Shown here: one piece after another, positions 36,062 through 46,677 of the stretch | How positions within the stretch are numbered: the stretch's first letter is position 1 | Layout of the letters: each line of letters starts with the position of its first letter | Source: Dehalococcoidia bacterium | Lineage (GTDB): Bacteria > Chloroflexota > Dehalococcoidia > Lucifugimonadales > VXLM01 | Direction: 5' to 3' | Length of the DNA stretch: 64,000 nucleotides | NCBI GenBank assembly: GCA_963665745.1 | Contig: OY762443.1 | Span: 611,616-675,615, forward strand | Position numbers and translations under genes: made by a program | The notes under the pieces: model-generated | What the model was told of the DNA's origin: nothing | The model's database searches: none | The model's input: the letters and a program-made list of their open reading frames with translations, nothing else

Positions 36062-36310
36062 GGTGTCGGCGCGACTCTAGACAGGGTTGACAACGCGGCG
36101 TTAATGGTATGAAAATGGATGCCGTCACCCCTCCTCCCGTGTTTGTTTCCTTTTGCGTAACTCTTCATGCGGGTCGAAAGGCTGCGTGAGCCGAGGCCGG
36201 CGACCACAAGAGTCGTCCCTACGACACGTTTGGAGTCTGACAGCGCGGCATCGTTTCTCCGGCTTTGTGAAGTTATGTTCGTTAGTCCGATTTACCAGAC
36301 GAGGTAACGT

Positions 36311-38095
36311 TTGGTCACGCAGATAATAGAGCGCTTTACAGGCCCCCGCACCAAGGTTCCGGTGCGGCAGTATGGTGCGCTTCTGCTCAAGTACCTCCGG
36401 CAGCAGAAGGGCATCGTGGCGCTGGCCTCGGTGCTAATTCTGACCAACATCGGTCTCCAGCTCGTCAATCCACAGATCATGCGGTACTTCATCGACGAGG
36501 CGGTGGCGGGCAGTCCGCTCCGCACGCTCGTGGCCGCCGCGATATTGTTCATCGCGGTGGCGCTGGTACAGCAGGTCATCGGGGTGCTGGCGACGTACAC
36601 GAGCGGCCAGGTCGGGTGGAACGCCACGAACGCGCTGCGCTCCGACCTCGCCCGCCACGCGCTGTTCCTCGATATGCCCTTCCACAACAGCAACACGCCG
36701 GGGGAGATGATCGAGCGCATCGACGGCGATGCGCAGACGCTCGGCGAGTTCTTCTCGACGTTTGCCGTCCGCATTCTCGGCAACGTCATCATGCTGGTGG
36801 CCGTCCTCGCGCTCCTGTTCCGCGAGAACTGGCTGGTCGGTCTGGCGCTAACGGTGTTCGCTCTGTTTTCGCTAGCGATCGTCATGCGGATGCGAAACGT
36901 CTCCGTAGCGAACTGGAGAGCCAACCGCGAGGAGAGCACGAAGACGTACGGGTTCATCGAGGAGCGTCTCGCGGGTCGCGAGGATATCCGAACGAGCGCG
37001 GCTCAGTCATACGTCATGAAGGGCTACTTCGACCACATGTGGAGGTGGTTCCGCGTCCGGGTCAAGGCCGCGTTCGTCGCCAACGTCGTCTCGGGGACTA
37101 TGGAGACGATCTATGGCGCTGGCATAGCCGTTGCGCTGGCGGTAGGCGCGTACCTCTTCTTCGAGGGCTGGATAACCATCGGCACGGTCTTTCTCATCTA
37201 CGGGTACACCCGGCTGGTCATTGGGCCGATTTTTCAAATGTCCGACGAGATCGAAGGCCTGCAACAGGCCGGGGCGAGTGTCATCAGGATCAACGACCTG
37301 CTTCGGACTCGCCGAGAGGTTGCCGACGGTCCCGGCATGCAGTTCCGCAAAGGGGCGCTGGCCGTAAGGCTCGATTCGGTCTCGTTCGGTTACCACAGCG
37401 CCGAACCCGTGCTGCGCGACATCACCTTAGACCTCCGTCCGGGCAGGGTGCTTGGCCTGCTCGGCAGGACGGGAAGCGGTAAGACGACGATAACGCGGCT
37501 GCTGTTCCGTCTCTACGATCCCGACGAGGGAAGGGTGCGGATCGGGGGTGAGGACATCCGGGACGCACGGATCGCGGAACTTCGCAATCGGGTCGGCCTC
37601 GTCACGCAGGACGTGCGGCTCTTCCACGGGACGTTGAGGGACAACCTGACCTTCTTCGACCGGGACGCGCCCGACGACCGGCTGCTCGACGTCCTGCAAG
37701 ACCTCGGCCTGAAGCGATGGTACGACTCACTTCCGGACGGCCTCGACACGACGCTTGAGCCGGAAGGGGGCGGTCTCTCATCCGGCGAGGCGCAGATGCT
37801 CGCCTTCGCGCGAGTATTCCTCAAGGACCCCGGCCTTGTCATCCTCGACGAGGCCACGTCGCGGCTGGACCGCAGCACGGAGGCGGCCATCGAGCGGGCG
37901 GTCGACAGGCTGGTCGAGGGAAGGACCGTGCTTATCGTCGCCCATCACCTGGCGACCATCCAACGGTGCGACGACATCGTGATACTTGAAAGCGGCCGGA
38001 TCGTTGAGGCCGGAGAGCGGGAGAAACTCGCGTCCGATCCCAACACTCGGTTCCACAGCCTCCTGCGGAGCGGGCTGGAGGAGGTGCTGACGTGA
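36311..38095 (+). CDS. ABC exporter, fused permease-ATPase (heterodimer subunit A)
   Basis: A six-TM domain followed by Walker [10 protein letters not shown], signature LSSGEAQ, and Walker [12 protein letters not shown] start. Confidence 0.9.
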   Translation: MVTQIIERFTGPRTKVPVRQYGALLLKYLRQQKGIVALASVLILTNIGLQLVNPQIMRYFIDEAVAGSPLRTLVAAAILFIAVALVQQVIGVLATYTSGQVGWNATNALRSDLARHALFLDMPFHNSNTPGEMIERIDGDAQTLGEFFSTFAVRILGNVIMLVAVLALLFRENWLVGLALTVFALFSLAIVMRMRNVSVANWRANREESTKTYGFIEERLAGREDIRTSAAQSYVMKGYFDHMWRWFRVRVKAAFVANVVSGTMETIYGAGIAVALAVGAYLFFEGWITIGTVFLIYGYTRLVIGPIFQMSDEIEGLQQAGASVIRINDLLRTRREVADGPGMQFRKGALAVRLDSVSFGYHSAEPVLRDITLDLRPGRVLGLLGRTGSGKTTITRLLFRLYDPDEGRVRIGGEDIRDARIAELRNRVGLVTQDVRLFHGTLRDNLTFFDRDAPDDRLLDVLQDLGLKRWYDSLPDGLDTTLEPEGGGLSSGEAQMLAFARVFLKDPGLVILDEATSRLDRSTEAAIERAVDRLVEGRTVLIVAHHLATIQRCDDIVILESGRIVEAGEREKLASDPNTRFHSLLRSGLEEVLT

Positions 38096-39852
38096 GCACG
38101 TGGCGGTACCTCAAGTCTCTCGTGTGGACGTTCAAGTGGACACTGTCACTCGACATTTTCGTCCAAGCCGTTCTAATAGCCGCTCTTGAACACGCATTCA
38201 TTCTCACTATTCGAGAGATCTTCGACACGCTGACCGACGACGCAAGGACATCCCTGGGGGTGTGGACTCTCTGCGCGGCGCTCGCCGGAATGGTGGCCTT
38301 TCAGATGGTCTTGTACGTAGGGGCGATCACGCTGCAATTCGCCAACCAGTTCATGATCGGAGCGCTGCTGCGCAGGAACGTGCTCGCCCACCTCATGAGC
38401 TTGAGCGGGATGCGGGGACTTCCGGCATCGCCGGGCGAGGCGGTGACCCGTTTTCGCGGCGACGCTTCCGGTGTCGGCAGGTTCTACATCTGGCCCAAGT
38501 TCATTGTTTCGCAGCTGTTGGTATCGGTTGTCGCCGTCGCGATCATGGTGAGCATTTCCCCCTTCGTTACCCTCATCGGGCTGCTGCCCATCATCGTCGT
38601 GTACTTGGTCGTCCACTTTGCCAGAACGCGCATCGAACGGACGCGGAAACAGAGTAGAGAGGCGGCGGGTGATGTAACCGGCTTCCTGGGCGAGATGTTC
38701 GGCTCGGCGGAGGCCATCAAGGTCGCGGGGGCCGAGAATCACGTGCTCAGTGAGTTCGACCGCGTGAACACGGCGCGCAAGCGGGCGACCCTGCGGGACA
38801 CGCTCCTCACTCAAACGCTGAACGCCATATTCCGCAACTTGGAGGGTATTAGCGTCGGCGCTATCCTGATAGTCGCGGGTCATGCGATGCTGAGCGGGGA
38901 GCTGACCGTTGGAGACCTCGTGTTGTTCGTCTTCTACCTGCAACAGTTCTCGTGGCTTTCGAGGGGCCTTGGTCAGGTAATGACGGAGTACCGGCAGCTG
39001 GGAGTCGGCATCGGACGGCTCGACGAGCTGATGCCGGGCGCGCCGCCTGAAAAGCTGGTGGAGCGCAACCCGACGCATCTGTTTCGGAAGGCGCCCGATC
39101 CCGTTCAAGTCGAAAAGACGGACGCTGACATGCTGGAAGTTGTGGAGGCCAGTGGGGTGACCTATTTGTACCCGGACTCCGAGCGGGGCGTGCGCGACGT
39201 GGACCTAACACTCCAAAAGGGGTCGTTTACGGTCATCACCGGCCGGGTCGGTTCCGGGAAGAGCACGCTGCTTCGGGTGCTGCTTGGATCGCTGCCGTTG
39301 CAGGCGGGTGAGTTGCGGTGGAACGGGAAGCCCGTCGAGGACGCGAGCGAGGTCTTGGTTCCGCCGCGCGTGGCTTACACGTCGCAGGTGCCGCGACTGT
39401 TCAGCGAGGAGTTGCGGGGGAATATCCTGCTGGGACTCCGTGAGGACAAAGTCGACTTGTCAGGAGCCGTGCGCTCCGCCGTGCTGGAACGTGACATCGA
39501 CGACCTGGAAAACGGGCTGGACACCATCGTCGGGCCGCGCGGGGTGAAGCTCTCCGGCGGACAGCAGAGGAGAGCCGCGGCGGCGCGGATGTTCGTCCGG
39601 GAGCCGGAGCTGCTGGTCTTCGACGATCTGTCGAGCGGCCTCGACGTGGAGACGGAGCGGACGTTGTGGGAGCGGCTGTCGGAGCGCTCGGACAGGACGG
39701 TGTTGGCGGTTTCTCACCGGAGGGCGGCGTTGCGCCGGGCGGACCATATTGTCGTGCTGAAGGACGGTCGGGTCGATGCCGAGGGGAGGCTTGACGACTT
39801 GCTGGAAACGTCTTCTGAGATGCAGCGGCTGTGGGCGGGGGACATCGAGTAA
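38092..39852 (+). CDS. ABC exporter, fused permease-ATPase (heterodimer subunit B)
   Basis: Walker [10 protein letters not shown], signature LSGGQQRR, and Walker B LVFDDLSS. It has a 4-nt overlap with subunit A. Confidence 0.9.
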   Translation: MSTWRYLKSLVWTFKWTLSLDIFVQAVLIAALEHAFILTIREIFDTLTDDARTSLGVWTLCAALAGMVAFQMVLYVGAITLQFANQFMIGALLRRNVLAHLMSLSGMRGLPASPGEAVTRFRGDASGVGRFYIWPKFIVSQLLVSVVAVAIMVSISPFVTLIGLLPIIVVYLVVHFARTRIERTRKQSREAAGDVTGFLGEMFGSAEAIKVAGAENHVLSEFDRVNTARKRATLRDTLLTQTLNAIFRNLEGISVGAILIVAGHAMLSGELTVGDLVLFVFYLQQFSWLSRGLGQVMTEYRQLGVGIGRLDELMPGAPPEKLVERNPTHLFRKAPDPVQVEKTDADMLEVVEASGVTYLYPDSERGVRDVDLTLQKGSFTVITGRVGSGKSTLLRVLLGSLPLQAGELRWNGKPVEDASEVLVPPRVAYTSQVPRLFSEELRGNILLGLREDKVDLSGAVRSAVLERDIDDLENGLDTIVGPRGVKLSGGQQRRAAAARMFVREPELLVFDDLSSGLDVETERTLWERLSERSDRTVLAVSHRRAALRRADHIVVLKDGRVDAEGRLDDLLETSSEMQRLWAGDIE

Positions 39853-39861
39853 TCGCCGATC

Positions 39862-39888
39862 TTCGTGGTTCGACAAGCTCAACACGAA
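39862..39888. repeat. REP family 3-like hairpin (TTCGTG-GTTCGACAAGCTCAA-CACGAA)
   Basis: The loop carries the same TTCGACAAGCTCA core as at 22872 and 48744. It lies 10 nt after the ABC exporter stop. Confidence 0.5.
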
Positions 39889-39998
39889 CGTGTCTTGCTG
39901 GTCCCGTTCATACTGTGCCGAGACGTTGGAATTTGTGAGCGGCTTTAGCGTGATACGCTAGCGTCACCATACCGACACCGTAGACCCCCCCACGCCTG

Positions 39999-41255
39999 AT
40001 GAAGCGACCTCGACGAAAGCTGCATATTCGACGCTGGGCGGCGTCTTTCGCGCTCGCGGTGCTGCTGGTGCTGCCGAGCGGGGACCGGCTGCACGTCACT
40101 CCCGCGCTGGACGTGGCGTCCGAGCACGCCTTCTCGCTGGTGCAGTGGCACATCACCAACTTCTTCGGCAAGTGGGCACATCTGGCGCGAGAGACGATAC
40201 CCGGCCAGAGGCCCACGCGCGAGGAGCGTATCGCCATCGTTGACGAGTACCTTCAAACGTCTCGGCTGGCGGAGAAGGAGGAGCGCCTGATCGAGGGCCG
40301 TATCGCCAGGGCGGGCGGGGCGAACAGCGCGAAGGGAACGGTCATCTCGCGTGAGTACTTGGACGAGCTACTGGGGCATCAGCGCGGGCTGCGTCCCAAG
40401 GCGGAGGAGGCCGTCGAGTCGGAGTTGAGCGCCGTCCTGCACGACCAGGGTTTCGGACTGTGGGGAGACGCGCTCTTCCCGCCCGTGGACATTCGGTTCG
40501 GCCACCTGCCGACCATCATCGTCACCTCGCGCCGGGACAAGATCGCGCGGGTCGAACGGCGGCTGCTCCGTCCTGAGCTTGAGTACATCGAACGGGGCAG
40601 GCTGGAGGACGAGCTTCTTGAGCAGTACGACCTCTCGGCCATCGTGGGGAACCTGGCGGGGCTGTCGACGTACCCGACGCTGGTGACGGACACCGACTCG
40701 CTCCGCTCCGTCCTGCGCACGGCGGCCCACGAGTGGCTGCACGTCTACTGGTTCTTCCGTCCGTTCGGTCAGGCATTCTGGATGTCGGAGGAGATGGCGA
40801 CGCTCAACGAGACGGCGGCGGACATCGCGGGGCGCGAGTTGGGAGACGAGACGTTCGCGCGGATGGGCGGCGATCTCACGGAGAATGCGCGGCGCTACCT
40901 GCCACAGGAGGAGCGCGACCCGCGATTCACCCGGATGATGCGCGAGACGCGGCAGCGCACCGAAGAGCTTCTGGCCGAGGGCAAGGTGGCGGAGGCCGAG
41001 GAGTACATGAAAGAGCGGTGGTGGCTCATGCGGCTGGGCGGCTACGGGATACGCAAGCTCAACCAGGCGTACTTCGCCATGCACGGCATCTACGGGGAGA
41101 GCGTGACCTCGGTCAGCCCCATCGGCGACGAGGTGGCGGAGTTCCGAACGTATTTCGCCAGCACGGGGGATTTCATCAGGGCGTTGAACGGGGTGTCGAC
41201 CTACGGGGAGTTTTTGGAGCGGCTGGGGGAGAAGCGGGGGAGTCTGTATCGGTAG
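39999..41255 (+). CDS. membrane-anchored hypothetical protein with an HEXXH motif (putative Zn-metalloprotease)
   Basis: N-terminal anchor WAASFALAVLLVL, and a single HEWLH at TAAHEWLHVYW. No other family signature was recognised. Confidence 0.45.
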   Translation: MKRPRRKLHIRRWAASFALAVLLVLPSGDRLHVTPALDVASEHAFSLVQWHITNFFGKWAHLARETIPGQRPTREERIAIVDEYLQTSRLAEKEERLIEGRIARAGGANSAKGTVISREYLDELLGHQRGLRPKAEEAVESELSAVLHDQGFGLWGDALFPPVDIRFGHLPTIIVTSRRDKIARVERRLLRPELEYIERGRLEDELLEQYDLSAIVGNLAGLSTYPTLVTDTDSLRSVLRTAAHEWLHVYWFFRPFGQAFWMSEEMATLNETAADIAGRELGDETFARMGGDLTENARRYLPQEERDPRFTRMMRETRQRTEELLAEGKVAEAEEYMKERWWLMRLGGYGIRKLNQAYFAMHGIYGESVTSVSPIGDEVAEFRTYFASTGDFIRALNGVSTYGEFLERLGEKRGSLYR

Positions 41256-41285
41256 GCTCCCCACACTCCCATCCTCCGTCCCGAC

Positions 41286-41395
41286 TTGACACCACAGAAC
41301 GTATGTCCTATCATATCCACATGCGGCAATCCGAACTACCCCCGAACTTTACAATAACAAGCAAAATGTCCCAAAATGTCACACCATGCCACAAA
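41286..41395 (+). promoter_or_regulatory. repeated module A: near-consensus promoter plus three phased 10-bp direct repeats
   Basis: TTGACA (41286-41291), a 17-nt spacer, then TATCAT (41309-41314). Downstream lie ATGTCCCAAA, ATGTCACACC and ATGCCACAAA at 41366-41395. The module aligns by eye with the reverse complement of 49117-49221. Confidence 0.5.
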
Positions 41396-41491
41396 TTTCG
41401 CGTTTCCCCATGGTTATCGTAACGTTGTCGGGCTCCGTGTCAGCCCGCCCCGTGAGCGACTCCCCTCCCCTCGGTCAGCGCGACGGTCTGC

Positions 41492-41508
41492 GTTCGCGGG
41501 AATGACGG
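41492..41508. repeat. REP family 2 half-copy (GTTCGCGGGAATGACGG)
   Basis: Right arm only of the family 2 hairpin. Confidence 0.5.
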
Positions 41509-41698
41509 TGCGGGTCGGGGGATTTCACCCTCTTGCGAAAAGGCCTGTGGTATTATATCCGCGCTCTCTAGCACAGAGTTTCATCCACCATTCGACATGC
41601 ACATGTGCAGGGGCGGCCTCCGGGCCCCCTTGATGTGCATGTCTGTGGAACGGCGACTTGTGCTAGAGAAGCCAGTCCTTGCCACAAGGGGGCAACTG

Positions 41699-44158
41699 AT
41701 GAAAGTCATCGCCGTTGTTCTAGTATCTCTAGTCGTAGTCGTTGCAGTGGGGGCGGCGACCGTCCGCTTCGTTAGCGGGCAGACCGACGGCGACACATCC
41801 ATACCTCTCGAAAACCCGGCGATTCCTCCCGATTCCGTCGGCGGGCCGGGGCCTCTCCTGATACCGCCGGAGATGGCGGACTCCTCCTCCGCGACGGAAC
41901 AGGCTGGGCCCGTCGTCGCTTCCTCATTGAGGAGCACAAGCACGGACCAGCCATCCGTGAGATTCTCGACCGAGAAGCAGTACATGCTTGGTCTCATCAA
42001 CGCGGAGCGAAAGAAGGCAGGGGTACCGGAAGTCTCGCTGGGCGACAACAACGCGGCGCAGATACACGCCGAGAACTCAATAAATGACTGCTTTTCGGGC
42101 CACTGGGGCACGGATGGACTAACTCCGTACATGAGGTACTCGCTCGCCGGCGGCTACCAGTCGAATAGCGAAAATGTTTCAGGATCCGACTATTGCATAA
42201 CAGACGAAGAAAGACCTTCGTATCGTCGCATACAGAGTGTCCAAAGCGAACTGCGCGAAATCATGGACGGATTAATGAACAGCCCCGGACATAAAAGAAC
42301 CATCCTGTATCCATGGCAACGGAAGGTGAACCTGGGGCTTTCGTGGGATACGTATCAGATGTGGGCCGTGCAGCATTTCGAGGGGGACTACGTCGATTGC
42401 AACGTTCCGCCGACGATAGAAGGGACGACGCTGCGGGTGAGCTGCACTGCGAAGGAGGTGTTCCCGTCCAACTCCTACGTGCAACAAATTTACTACGACT
42501 CTCCCCCTCACGCGTTGACGCGGGGGCAAATCGCTCGGAGCTACAGCTATGGACCAGGGAATACGGTGGCGCTGCTGAGAGGACCGGCTGGGGAGGGATA
42601 CCACTGGCCGACCAACGAGACGGAAGTTACGCACTATTCCGGGTGTACTCCTTACGACATCGACCCGGCCGCGCAGCCGCCCTCGTCATTTGACGAGGCG
42701 ACATCGCTGCACAGCGAAGCAAAGCTCTGTGAGCCTACCGAGACGACCGTTACAGTGCCGTACATAGACGGAGAGGAAACGATAAACGGGCGTTCTTTCA
42801 CGCTCTCGCACGATATTGGGAGTGTGCTGAGCCAGCACGGCAGCGGGGTGTACACGCTTCGTGTATTGGGCTGCTCGGTAGAGGACTCAATAGACAACCC
42901 GTGCGATGACGATAACAGAATGACGATCCTCCGAAAGTCCATCTTCTATGGGATCGATCCACCGGACACGTACACGCCGGCACAGACGTCTCCGACCACG
43001 CCTACGCCTACGGCGACACCGGTTGCGGCTTCGACCGCGCCCGCGCCGCGAGTGGCGTGCGGCTCTGCCGTAACGGATACGTCCAATACGGCGCTGGTGG
43101 CCGACTGCGAGTATCTGCTGGGCATGAAGTCGAAGCTCCGCGGCAGCGCGAAGCTGAACTGGTGGTCGGGCCGTTCGCTCGACAAGTGGGACGGCATAAA
43201 GGTTCAGGGAGGCCGGGTGACCGAGTTGTCGCTCCCCAGCCGAAACCTCGACGGCATCATCCCCGTGGGCATCGGCAATCTGTCGGCGTTGAAGACGCTC
43301 GACCTGAGCTCCAACAGCCTGACGGGGACGATACCCGCGTCGCTGAACAACCTGACCGCTCTGACCAAGTGGCGGCTCGCCGGCAACAGCTTGAGCGGAT
43401 GCGTGCCGGCCAACTTCGCCCAAGTGAGCGACAACGACGCTGCGAGCCTGAACCTGTCCACGTGCGGCGGGTCGGGTCCGGGGCCGACACCGGTTCCGAC
43501 ACCCACGCCGACGCCCACTTCGACATCGGGCGTAGATGACACGACGACGCTGCTTGCCGAAGGCCATTGCAAACAGGGGGATCTTTCCCAGGCCCTGGGC
43601 GGGACGTACACGCGCACGGATTTCTCGCCGTTCGTGAAGTACGACGTAAACGGATGGGGGCTGTACGCGTTCGCGAAGTCCGAGTGGGAGAAGGACGACG
43701 ATTCCGACAAGACCGTCTACTGCTTGACCGTCCTCTACGACAACGTGGGCAGCGCGGTTCTTGACACCTCGTACGACAGGATGAGGCGCTTGGTGGAAGG
43801 AAGTCTCGACGTACTGGGACAGAAGAAGGTCCGGGATCTGCCGGAGATTGGGCATGAGTTCATGGCCTTGCACATCCAGCTTGGGAACGCCGACGTGGAC
43901 GGTGATCGCTGGATCAATGAGAGCGATCTGGATGCCGTTCCTTGGGGAGGCACGACCATCGCCATGCTGCGACGGGGAGCTTTAGCCGTCTTCGTTAGCG
44001 AAGCGAGTTGGGGTCCTGAATACGCGGATAGGCGTCCGCCTGCCGTGGATGGAGTCGTCACAATATCGCGGCGGATCGACGCCCGGCTTGTTGACGCACT
44101 CTCGGAGAGCGCGTATGGGGGCGCCACCACCGACATCGGCGTGAAGGACGGGAGGTGA
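41699..44158 (+). CDS. membrane-anchored multidomain protein: CAP/SCP/PR-1 domain, plant-type LRR module and unknown C-terminal domain
   Basis: ORF 41597..44158 trimmed to ATG 41699, after AAGGGGG (MKVIAVVLVSLVVVVAV). The CAP block reads LINAERKKAGV..L..N..AQ.HA......C.SGHWG.DG...NSPGHKRTIL. Pro/Thr linkers flank LVADCEYLLGMKSKLRGSAKLNWWSGRSLDKWDGIKVQGGRVTELSLPSRNLDGIIPVGIGNLSALKTLDLSSNSLTGTIPASLNNLTALTKWRLAGNSLSGCVP. Confidence 0.75.
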   Translation: MKVIAVVLVSLVVVVAVGAATVRFVSGQTDGDTSIPLENPAIPPDSVGGPGPLLIPPEMADSSSATEQAGPVVASSLRSTSTDQPSVRFSTEKQYMLGLINAERKKAGVPEVSLGDNNAAQIHAENSINDCFSGHWGTDGLTPYMRYSLAGGYQSNSENVSGSDYCITDEERPSYRRIQSVQSELREIMDGLMNSPGHKRTILYPWQRKVNLGLSWDTYQMWAVQHFEGDYVDCNVPPTIEGTTLRVSCTAKEVFPSNSYVQQIYYDSPPHALTRGQIARSYSYGPGNTVALLRGPAGEGYHWPTNETEVTHYSGCTPYDIDPAAQPPSSFDEATSLHSEAKLCEPTETTVTVPYIDGEETINGRSFTLSHDIGSVLSQHGSGVYTLRVLGCSVEDSIDNPCDDDNRMTILRKSIFYGIDPPDTYTPAQTSPTTPTPTATPVAASTAPAPRVACGSAVTDTSNTALVADCEYLLGMKSKLRGSAKLNWWSGRSLDKWDGIKVQGGRVTELSLPSRNLDGIIPVGIGNLSALKTLDLSSNSLTGTIPASLNNLTALTKWRLAGNSLSGCVPANFAQVSDNDAASLNLSTCGGSGPGPTPVPTPTPTPTSTSGVDDTTTLLAEGHCKQGDLSQALGGTYTRTDFSPFVKYDVNGWGLYAFAKSEWEKDDDSDKTVYCLTVLYDNVGSAVLDTSYDRMRRLVEGSLDVLGQKKVRDLPEIGHEFMALHIQLGNADVDGDRWINESDLDAVPWGGTTIAMLRRGALAVFVSEASWGPEYADRRPPAVDGVVTISRRIDARLVDALSESAYGGATTDIGVKDGR

Positions 44159-44229
44159 CACCAGCTCCTTGACACCCCGTTGAGCAGGCTCCTACACTCT
44201 CCGCCGACGTTTCGGAGGGGGGAACGCCC

Positions 44230-44865
44230 ATGGCCCTGACGGTCTACGACTACCGGACCGACGTGCGCAGTGTGCTGGTTACGCCGCAGATACGGTCGCG
44301 GTTCATGCGGCTGGAGGCGGGCGAGGCGGCTGAGCCGCACTCCCACGATCTCGGGCACGAGATATTCCTCGTGCTGGACGGACGGGCGGAGTTCACGATA
44401 GACGGGGAGACGGGCGAGGTCGGGCCGGGGCAGATGTGCGTCGCGCTCGTGGACCAGCTCCACTCGCTCCGCGTGCTCGGCGACAAGCCCATGACGATGT
44501 ACCTGTCGGTGACGCCGCACATCCAGCCGACTCACACGATGTGGACGCCGGAGGGCGAGCGGATGCCGCACCGATTCGCGTCGTCCACCGCCTACGACGT
44601 GGAGACGGACACGACGACCCCGTTCGGCGACCTGCTGGACAGGCTGACGGCTGCGACGCTGGCCGTCCGAGAGGCAGCCGACCTGGCGGCAGGGAAGCAG
44701 TCCGACGAAGCGGAGGCGCTGAAGACCGCCGTCGCAAGCGGCGACCTCGATTCGGCGTCCGCGTCCCGGAGCGACGTATGGGACGCGCTGTTCGAAGTCT
44801 ACCGGCGCTCAGCCGAGCTCGCCGACCTGTGGAACGACGTCGCCCCGCGAGCGGGAAGGACGTGA
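44230..44865 (+). CDS. cupin-domain protein
   Basis: The cupin motifs are PHSHDLGHEIFLVLDG and GPGQMCVAL...HSLR. Confidence 0.7.
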   Translation: MALTVYDYRTDVRSVLVTPQIRSRFMRLEAGEAAEPHSHDLGHEIFLVLDGRAEFTIDGETGEVGPGQMCVALVDQLHSLRVLGDKPMTMYLSVTPHIQPTHTMWTPEGERMPHRFASSTAYDVETDTTTPFGDLLDRLTAATLAVREAADLAAGKQSDEAEALKTAVASGDLDSASASRSDVWDALFEVYRRSAELADLWNDVAPRAGRT

Positions 44866-44873
44866 GGAGCGAC

Positions 44874-45950
44874 ATGGACCCCGTACGCATAGGCGTCGTC
44901 GGGTGCGGCGCGATCGCGCAGATCCACCACCTTCCGTTTCTCACCGAGCTTGCGGAGGAGTTCGAGGTCGCCGCCGTCTGCGACGTGTCGCCTTCTGCGG
45001 TCGAGTACGCGGCGAAGCTCTTCCACGTCCCGAACCGCTTTACCGACTATCGCGAAATGCTCGACTCGGATATCGACGCCGTGCTGATGTGTCACTTCGA
45101 CCCCAAGACGGAGGTCGCCGTGGCCTCGTTGAACGCCGGAAAGCACGTGTTCGTGGAGAAGCCGGTCTGCTACTCGAACGCGGAGTTCGCCGAGATTGCC
45201 GAGGCCGTGAAGCGTTCGGACAAGGTCGCGCAGGCGGGCTACATGAAGCTGTACGAGCCGGCTTATGAAGCGGCTAAGCCTGAGATCGAGGGGATGGACG
45301 ATATCCGCTTCGTCCAGGTCAACCACCTGCATCCCGACAACGATCTGCACGTTCGCCAGTTCAGGACGCGGTCGTTCGACGACGTACCCGCGGACGTGAC
45401 CGAAAAGACGAGGGCCGCGCGGCGACTGGCCGAACGCCAGGCGATAGGGGACGTTCCGCCTCACATTCTCCGGGCTTTCAGCACGGTTGCGGGCAGCATG
45501 ATCCATGACCTGTACGGGCTGCGCGACCTGTTCGGGACCCCGAGCAGGGTCATTAATACGGAGATATGGCAGGACGGCGGGGCGATCTCCACCACGCTGG
45601 AGTACCCGGAGGGCGTGCGGTGCGTGGCGACGTGGGTCGACCTGCCCGATCTGTGGGATTTCTACGAGACGCTTGAGGTGTACGGTAGCAGGAAGCGGGT
45701 GATCGTGTCGTACCCGACGGGCTTCTCCCGCGAGGTGGCGCAGGTGAGGATCCATGAGATCGACGATGACGGGGCCACGATTGCAAAGGAGCCGGCCGTG
45801 GACTGGGAGAGTCCGTTCCGCAGGGAGCTGCGCCACTTCCACGACTGCATCGTCAACGGCAAGACGCCGAGGTCGGCGCTCATCGACGCGGGGCAGGACG
45901 TCGCCCTCGTGATCGACATCGTGAAGACGTATCTCGATGGGGGTGGCTAG
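44874..45950 (+). CDS. Gfo/Idh/MocA-family NAD(P)-dependent oxidoreductase
   Basis: ORF 44436..45950 trimmed to ATG 44874, after GAGGAG. IGVVGCGAIAQIHHLP..HVFVEKP. Confidence 0.85.
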   Translation: MDPVRIGVVGCGAIAQIHHLPFLTELAEEFEVAAVCDVSPSAVEYAAKLFHVPNRFTDYREMLDSDIDAVLMCHFDPKTEVAVASLNAGKHVFVEKPVCYSNAEFAEIAEAVKRSDKVAQAGYMKLYEPAYEAAKPEIEGMDDIRFVQVNHLHPDNDLHVRQFRTRSFDDVPADVTEKTRAARRLAERQAIGDVPPHILRAFSTVAGSMIHDLYGLRDLFGTPSRVINTEIWQDGGAISTTLEYPEGVRCVATWVDLPDLWDFYETLEVYGSRKRVIVSYPTGFSREVAQVRIHEIDDDGATIAKEPAVDWESPFRRELRHFHDCIVNGKTPRSALIDAGQDVALVIDIVKTYLDGGG

Positions 45951-45973
45951 GCCTTCCTGCGGCCCCGAAAATC

Positions 45974-46003
45974 TTGACTGCGTGTAGGGGCGATCCCTAC
46001 AAT
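45974..46003 (+). promoter_or_regulatory. candidate sigma70-type promoter of the yceD-rpmF-fabD-nusB-acpP cluster
   Basis: TTGACT (45974-45979), an 18-nt spacer, then TACAAT (45998-46003). Confidence 0.45.
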
Positions 46004-46055
46004 ATGTCCTTCGGGCGACGTGGGCCTATCAGATTTCGCAGGGGTCGGTGTCGTT

Positions 46056-46595
46056 ATGCACTTTAACGTTTCGCAGCTTGTTCGTGAGACCAGCGGCTCC
46101 ACCAGGGAGCACGAGGTCGAAGACCGTGTCACGTTTCGCGGCGACCTGATCGAGGTCAGGGGCGGCGTCCGGTTTGTCAGGACGGACAAGGGCGTGTGGG
46201 TGACGGCCCTGCTGAACACACAGGTGGAGTCCGAGTGCGGACGGTGCCTGGATCGCTACGTCCAGACCGTCGATATCAAGGTCGATGAGGAGGCGCTACC
46301 CCGGCTCGACCCCGTCACCGGCGTCCGATACGTCGACAACCTCGACCCGGAAGAGAACCTCGTAATCGACGAGGACAACATCCTCGACCTGACCGAGACG
46401 GCGCGCCAGTACATCTCACTCGGCCTGCCGATGAGTCCGCTGTGCCGTACGGACTGCGCGGGCATCTGCGCGGGGTGCGGCGTCAACCGGAACCATGAGC
46501 CCTGCACGTGCGTCCGCGTTCAGCGAGACAGTCGATGGGGGCCGCTCCTGGATGCCTTTCCGTCAGTCGAAACAATGAACCTGAGTAAGAACTAA
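46056..46595 (+). CDS. yceD: DUF177 / YceD-family protein
   Basis: Trimmed to ATG 46056. C-x-R-C at ESECGRCLD, and the C-terminal CRTDCAGICAGCGVN. It has the classical position upstream of rpmF. Confidence 0.8.
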   Translation: MHFNVSQLVRETSGSTREHEVEDRVTFRGDLIEVRGGVRFVRTDKGVWVTALLNTQVESECGRCLDRYVQTVDIKVDEEALPRLDPVTGVRYVDNLDPEENLVIDEDNILDLTETARQYISLGLPMSPLCRTDCAGICAGCGVNRNHEPCTCVRVQRDSRWGPLLDAFPSVETMNLSKN

Positions 46596-46677
46596 GAACA
46601 CCTTGACCGCATACCGCTCGACGGGCGACCCTGTGTAGGGCACGTTGAACGGGAGCGCGCGGAAGGACTGAACAACA

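Noticed and set aside
36086-36310. Possible riboswitch or leader in the ~200-nt region upstream of the ABC exporter pair (after the promoter-like TTGACA at 36086-36091)
   Set aside because: I could not recognise any known riboswitch core or a terminator/antiterminator pair by eye. This needs an Rfam scan and is not reported as a feature.
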